Source: Candidatus Eiseniibacteriota bacterium | GTDB taxonomy: Bacteria > Eisenbacteria > RBG-16-71-46 | Direction of reading: 5' to 3' | Assembly: GCA_963725865.1 (NCBI GenBank) | Contig: CAVSAC010000012.1 | Span: forward strand, 1,056,001-1,120,000 | Length of the DNA: 64,000 nt | The notes under the pieces: generated by a model | Seen by the model: only the letters and a program-made list of their open reading frames with translations | What the model was told of the DNA's origin: nothing | The model's database searches: none | Part shown: in pieces, positions 59,028 to 64,000 of the stretch | Layout of the letters: each line of letters begins with the position of its first letter | Numbering within the stretch: the first letter of the stretch is position 1 | Made by a program: the position numbers and the translations under genes

Positions 59028-60332
59028 TCAGGGAGTCACGGACGAGTGAGCCTGCCCGTCCGCGGCGCGCCGCGCGGGGGTGCCGAGGCGGAACGCGAGG
59101 TTGAGCACCAGCGCCAGCAGCGTCCCGAACGCGATGCCGGAGACGTTGGTGCCGCCCACCGTCACGCCCTTCACGCCCAGGCCGGTCGCCGCGATCAGCG
59201 AAGCGCCCGCCACCACCATGTTGCGGTGATCCGCGAGATCGACGTGCGCGTCCATCCAGATCTTCACGCCCATGAGCGCGATCAGGCCGTAGAGGATGAG
59301 CGTCACGCCGCCCAGCACCGGATTGGGGATCGAGTGGATGAGCGCGCCGAACCGGGGGCACAGCCCGAGCAGGATCGCGATGCTCGCGGCCATGACGAAG
59401 TTGTACGACGAGAACACCCGCGTGATCGCCATCACGCCCATGTTCTCCGCGTAGGTGGTCTGCGGGGTGCCGCCGCCCATCGCCGAGACGAACGTCGCCA
59501 CCGCGTCACCCAGGTACGCGCGTCCCAGGTGCGGATGGAGGTCGCGCTTCATGTAGCTCGAGATCGCCGCGATGTGTCCCTTGTTCTCTGCCACCAGCAC
59601 GATCGCCACCGGCGCGATCGCGAGCATCGCCGCCGTGCTCCAGCGCGGGGTCTGGAACGGCGGCAGCCCGATCCACGGCGCCGAGCCGATCGCCCCGAGC
59701 GCCTTGGGATCGAGCAGTCCGACCGCGGCCGCCACGCCGTAGCCCACGACCACCCCGGTCAGCACCGGCAGCAGCCTCAGGATGCCGCGCGCGTACACCG
59801 AGACCAGGGCGGCCGTGAAGAACGTGACCAACGCCACCAGCAGCGCGAGGCGGTCCCCGGTGCCACGGATGACGAAGTCCGCGTTGATGGCATTGCCGAC
59901 CGCGGAGGCCGCCAGGTTCAGGCCGATGATCGCGACGACGGTGCCGGTGACGATCGGCGGCATCAGCGCGTCGATCCAGCCCGAGCCCCACCGCAGCGTG
60001 GCCGCCGCCGCGATCATGTAGAGCACGGCGGCCGCGGCGATGCCCCCGAGCGCGTCGGGGATCAGCGCCGCCGCGCCGCCGGTGACCGCGAGCACCGGGC
60101 CGATGAAAGAGAAGCTCGAGCCCAGATAGCTCGGCACCTTCATGCGCGTGATGACGAGGAAGATGAGCGTTCCGACGCCCGAGAAGAAGATGGCGAGCTG
60201 GGGATCGAAGCCCATGATGACGGGCGCCAGCACCGTGGCGCCGAACATCGCCACCACGTGCTGCAGCCCCATCGGGACGAGTCGCGCGAACGGAATGCGG
60301 TCCTCGGGATAGAGGATGCGGTCTTCGTTCAT
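59028..60332 (-). CDS. NCS2 nucleobase:cation symporter (UraA/RutG-like)
   Basis: GLQHVVAMFGATVL, YLGSSFSF, PPIVTG, ENKGH, TTYAENMGV. Confidence 0.92.
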   Translation of the reverse strand: MNEDRILYPEDRIPFARLVPMGLQHVVAMFGATVLAPVIMGFDPQLAIFFSGVGTLIFLVITRMKVPSYLGSSFSFIGPVLAVTGGAAALIPDALGGIAAAAVLYMIAAAATLRWGSGWIDALMPPIVTGTVVAIIGLNLAASAVGNAINADFVIRGTGDRLALLVALVTFFTAALVSVYARGILRLLPVLTGVVVGYGVAAAVGLLDPKALGAIGSAPWIGLPPFQTPRWSTAAMLAIAPVAIVLVAENKGHIAAISSYMKRDLHPHLGRAYLGDAVATFVSAMGGGTPQTTYAENMGVMAITRVFSSYNFVMAASIAILLGLCPRFGALIHSIPNPVLGGVTLILYGLIALMGVKIWMDAHVDLADHRNMVVAGASLIAATGLGVKGVTVGGTNVSGIAFGTLLALVLNLAFRLGTPARRAADGQAHSSVTP

Positions 60333-60622
60333 GGTCGTGCCTTCGCCAGGTGGAGTCCGCGGGGGGGAGGCCGAGCATAGTCCGCGCGCCCAGCGCGCGC
60401 ACGCCGGCGCGGGAATACCACGGGCCCGCGTGGCGTAGGTCCATCGTCATCGCCGACCGCACCCGGTCCGCGATCGACGCGGTCCGCCGCGGAGATTCCC
60501 GTGGACAGCCTGCGTCGACGCGCGGATACTGCGTTCAGACGACCGGGGCGGCGCGAGCCGACCGGTCGTCTGCGTTTTCTGGGCGCGGGATGGCCGTCCA
60601 CCCGACCGGATGACGAGTTCGC

Positions 60623-63600
60623 ATGAGACGCTGGCGACGAGCGTGGGTCGTGGCGGTCGCGGCGCTGGCCGTGATCGCGGCCGTGCCGGGGCGCGCACCC
60701 TACTGGGACCGGGTGCGCGATGCACTCTCGAAGGGCCTGCCCAAGACGGCCCTCGAATCGATCGATCCCATCATCCGGGGGGCGCAGGACGAGCGCGCCT
60801 ACGCCGAGGCGATCCGGGCGATCGCGCTGAAGATCGCGCTCGAGGCGGGGATCCAGGGCAACCACCCCGAGGAGAAGATCACCCGCATGCAGGCGGCGAT
60901 CGCGCGCGCGCCCGCCGACATGCGCCCGCCGATGGAGGCCATCCTCGCCGACTGGTACTGGCAGTACTTCCAGCGCAACCGCTGGCGCTTCGCGCAGCGC
61001 TCGCGCACCGCCGCGATGCCCGACAGTGACTTCACGACCTGGGACCTGCCGCGCATCTACGCCGAGATCGACGCGCACTTCACCCGCGCGCTCGCGGGTG
61101 CGCCGCAACTGAAGCGTACGCCGGTCGCCGAGTACGCCGACCTGTTCGTCGGCGGCAATGCGCCCGATGCCTACCGGCCCACCCTCTACGACCTGGTGGC
61201 GTTCGAGGCGCTCGCGTTCTACGGCTCGGGCGAACAGGCCGGCGCGCGTCCCGAGGACGCGTTCGTGCTGCAGGCCGCGGGCCCCGCGTTCGCGCCCGCG
61301 GAGGAGTTCGCACGCTGGGCGATCGCCGCGACCGACACCACGTCGCCGATCCTGAAGGGACTGCGGTTGCACCAGCAGCTGCTGCGGTTCCACGCCAGCG
61401 ACCACGACCCCACCGCCCGGATCGACGCCGACCTGTGGCGGATCGAGTTCGCGCACGACCACGCCGTGGGGGACTCCCGGGACGCGCGGTACGCGGCGGC
61501 GCTCGAGCGGCTGATCGACCGCCATGCGGACCACGAGCTGTCGGCGCGAGCGCTGCACTCCCTCGCGACGCTGAGGCAGGCCCAGGGTGACCTGGTGCTG
61601 GCGCACGCCCTCGCGAAGCGCGGGCTCGATCGCTTCCCCGAGAGCGTCGGCGGACGGCGCTGCTTCAACCTGATCCAGGACATCGAGGCGCAGTCCCTCG
61701 CGGTGACCAGCTCGGACAACGTGTGGAACGAGCCGCGCCCGACGCTCGAGGTGAGCTACCGCAATCTCGATCGCGTCCACTTTCGCCTCGTCGCGGTCGA
61801 CTTCCCGCAGCAGATGGAGCGCCGCAGCGGAACCTACGACTACTATTCCAGGGAGCGCGTCGACTACATCCTGGGGCTGCCGCCGCTCCGCCAGTGGTCC
61901 GCACCACTCCCCGGCACTCCCGACTTCCGCACGCGCTCCATCCGGCTGCCCGCGCCGACCGGCCTGGCGTCGGGCGCCTACTTCCTGGTTTCGAGCATGA
62001 GCGGGGACTTCCGCGAGGAGAACAACTCGATCGCGATCGCGGAGATCTGGGTGAGCGACCTCGCGCTGGTCACGCGTCAGGGGCGCCCGGCCGGGCTGGA
62101 GGGATTCGTGCTCCGTGCCGCCGACGGCGCGCCGCTCGCCGGCGCCGCGATCCGCACCTGGCGGTGGGACCGTGCCGCGCGCCACGTGGTGCCGGGTCCG
62201 AACGCCCGCACCGGCGCGGATGGCCTGTTCCACATCCTGGACGCGCACGAGCTGGCGGGCCTGATGGTGACCCGCGGCGATCAGAAACTCGGCGAGTCGG
62301 ACCGGCTCGCGAACTACGAGGCGCCCGCGCCGCGCGCGCCGGCCGAGCGCACGTTGTTCTTCACCGACCGCGCGCTCTACCGGCCGGGACAGCCGATCCA
62401 GTACAAGGGACTCTGCATCCGCCTCGACACCGAGCGCGACGACTACCTCACGCTCGCCGACCGTGCGGTGCACGTGGTGCTGCGCGACGCCAACCGGCGG
62501 GAGGTCGCCACGGCCGATCTCCGGACCAACTCCCACGGCTCCTTCAGCGGCAGCTTCGTCGCGCCCGGGGACGCCCTGCTCGGCGCCATGAGCCTGGCGG
62601 TCGGCCGCGGACCGGACGGCAGCACCGGGATCCGCGTCGAGGAATACAAGCGTCCGCGCTTCCTGGTCACGCTCGACTCGCCCCTCACGCCGGCGCGGCT
62701 GGCCGACTCGGTGGCGGTGACGGGACACGCGCTCGCCTACACTGGCGCGCCGGTGGACGGCGCCGCCGTGAAGTGGCGCGTGCTGCGCCAGGTGCGCTAC
62801 CCGGACTGGTGGGGCTGGTGCTTCTGGTGGCGTCCGTCGGCGACCGGCGGCTCGCAGGAGATCGCGCACGGCAGCGCCACCACCGACGCCGAAGGCCGGT
62901 TCACGATCCCGTTCGTCGCGCGGCCCGATTCGGCGGTCGCGGCCGATCAGGAGCCCACGTTCCGATTCTCCGTGATGGCCGACATCACCGACGCCACTGG
63001 CGAGACGCGCTCGGCGACCCGCGCGGTGAGCGTCGGTTTCACCGCGCTGGCGGCCTCGCTGGGCGCCGCCGACTGGCAGCAGTCCGATCGCCCGGTCGAG
63101 ATCCTCGTGAGCACCGCCACGCTCGATGGTGCGGCGCAGGCGGCGCGCGGGACCTTGCGGATCGTGCGCCTGCGCGAGCCCGCCCGCGTCTCACGAGCGG
63201 CGTACACCGACGCCGCCGCCGCCCCCGCCGCCGCCCCCGCGGGCGGGGCTTCGGTCGGTGGCAGCGCGGCCGCACCGCCGATCGACGCCGCCGACCCCCG
63301 CACCTGGCCCGACGGCGAGGTCGCGATCGAGCGCCAGGTGCGCACGGACAGCAGCGGCAGCGTGCGCTCCGCGGTGCAGCTCGCCGCCGGGCTCTACCGC
63401 GCGCGATTCGAGGCTCGGGACCGCTTCGGCAGGCGGGTGACCGCGATGCTCCCGTTGCGCGTGATCGACCCCGCGGCCGCGCGCTGCGCGATCCGCGTGG
63501 CAGACCTGTTCACCGCGCCCACGTTCAGCGTCGAGGTCGGGGGCGAGTTCGTCGCGGTGTGGGGGACGGGCTACCCGGCGGGTCGCGCCTACGTCGAGGT

Positions 63601-64000
63601 CGAGCACCGCGGGCGAGTGCTCCAGGCCTACTGGACGGAGCCGGGCCGCACCCAGGTCGCCATTCGCCAGCGGGTCGACGCCGCGATGCGGGGCGGATTC
63701 CTGGTGCGCGTGACCCGGGTGTGCGAGAACCGCGCGTACCTCCACGAGCAGCGGGTCGACGTGCCGTGGAGCGACCGGGTGCTGAGCCTGCGCTGGGAGC
63801 ACTTCGTCTCGAAGCTGCAGCCCGGCCAGCACGAGACCTGGACCGCGGTGGTGACCGGACCCGACGCGTCCCGCGTCAGCGCCGAGATGGTCGCCACGCT
63901 CTACGACGCCTCGCTCGATGCGTACGCTCGCCACGGCTGGCTGGGACGCATCGGGGGGTTCCGAACCGAGTGGAACCCGCGCGGAGCGCAGAGTCGCCTC
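60623..64000 (+). CDS. Bacterial alpha-2-macroglobulin family protein, partial (runs off the window)
   Basis: Absent from the ORF track, presumably because no stop falls in the window. Hand translation of segments: MRRWRRAWVVAVAALAVIAA signal, GLPKTA, RPTLYD, FFTDRALYRPGQ, VEEYKRPRF, KLQPGQHETW, AEMVATLYDASLD. Confidence 0.88.
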   Translation, partial: MRRWRRAWVVAVAALAVIAAVPGRAPYWDRVRDALSKGLPKTALESIDPIIRGAQDERAYAEAIRAIALKIALEAGIQGNHPEEKITRMQAAIARAPADMRPPMEAILADWYWQYFQRNRWRFAQRSRTAAMPDSDFTTWDLPRIYAEIDAHFTRALAGAPQLKRTPVAEYADLFVGGNAPDAYRPTLYDLVAFEALAFYGSGEQAGARPEDAFVLQAAGPAFAPAEEFARWAIAATDTTSPILKGLRLHQQLLRFHASDHDPTARIDADLWRIEFAHDHAVGDSRDARYAAALERLIDRHADHELSARALHSLATLRQAQGDLVLAHALAKRGLDRFPESVGGRRCFNLIQDIEAQSLAVTSSDNVWNEPRPTLEVSYRNLDRVHFRLVAVDFPQQMERRSGTYDYYSRERVDYILGLPPLRQWSAPLPGTPDFRTRSIRLPAPTGLASGAYFLVSSMSGDFREENNSIAIAEIWVSDLALVTRQGRPAGLEGFVLRAADGAPLAGAAIRTWRWDRAARHVVPGPNARTGADGLFHILDAHELAGLMVTRGDQKLGESDRLANYEAPAPRAPAERTLFFTDRALYRPGQPIQYKGLCIRLDTERDDYLTLADRAVHVVLRDANRREVATADLRTNSHGSFSGSFVAPGDALLGAMSLAVGRGPDGSTGIRVEEYKRPRFLVTLDSPLTPARLADSVAVTGHALAYTGAPVDGAAVKWRVLRQVRYPDWWGWCFWWRPSATGGSQEIAHGSATTDAEGRFTIPFVARPDSAVAADQEPTFRFSVMADITDATGETRSATRAVSVGFTALAASLGAADWQQSDRPVEILVSTATLDGAAQAARGTLRIVRLREPARVSRAAYTDAAAAPAAAPAGGASVGGSAAAPPIDAADPRTWPDGEVAIERQVRTDSSGSVRSAVQLAAGLYRARFEARDRFGRRVTAMLPLRVIDPAAARCAIRVADLFTAPTFSVEVGGEFVAVWGTGYPAGRAYVEVEHRGRVLQAYWTEPGRTQVAIRQRVDAAMRGGFLVRVTRVCENRAYLHEQRVDVPWSDRVLSLRWEHFVSKLQPGQHETWTAVVTGPDASRVSAEMVATLYDASLDAYARHGWLGRIGGFRTEWNPRGAQSRL

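Overview
Very GC-rich, gene-dense bacterial window. The FlgD/'AGxYFxRL'-type C-terminal domains, the kinase-TolB fusion and the DUF222-like HNH gene resemble Candidatus Eisenbacteria/FCB-type genomes, but that taxonomy is inference only. No rRNA, tRNA, CRISPR array or transposase was recognised. Three large modules stand out. (1) 1-12.7 kb: iorAB lies downstream of a translationally coupled operon encoding a Cys-motif GcvH-like protein, a hexaheme c7-type cytochrome, HybA/HybB(NrfD)-like subunits with no catalytic subunit, a heme-c sensor kinase with a Cys-rich insert in its ATPase domain, a receiver protein and a TM-receiver-GcvH-like fusion. Both H-protein-like domains lack the lipoyl lysine. 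A second heme-c kinase and a sigma-54 activator are transcribed divergently. (2) 25-37.4 kb: Thauera-type anaerobic benzoyl-CoA pathway (had-oah-dch-tetR-bcrCBAD) with a perfect 24-bp palindrome over its sigma-70 promoter, plus an SDR, a thiolase and a short LeuA-like synthase. (3) 40.4-51.3 kb: a nine-gene operon encoding a GNAT-like protein, a thiolase-fold protein with the catalytic Cys replaced, a DUF35 protein, a xanthine-dehydrogenase-family enzyme, FdrA/DUF1116/DUF2877 (AllFGH-like) and a cyclase/amidohydrolase, preceded by a terminator-like leader hairpin. The rest holds secreted peptidases (M3B, M2, S9), an FG-GAP protein, an HNH gene, a GT-C/TPR protein, an NCS2 permease and a partial alpha-2-macroglobulin. 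All product calls come from motif recognition, not database searches.
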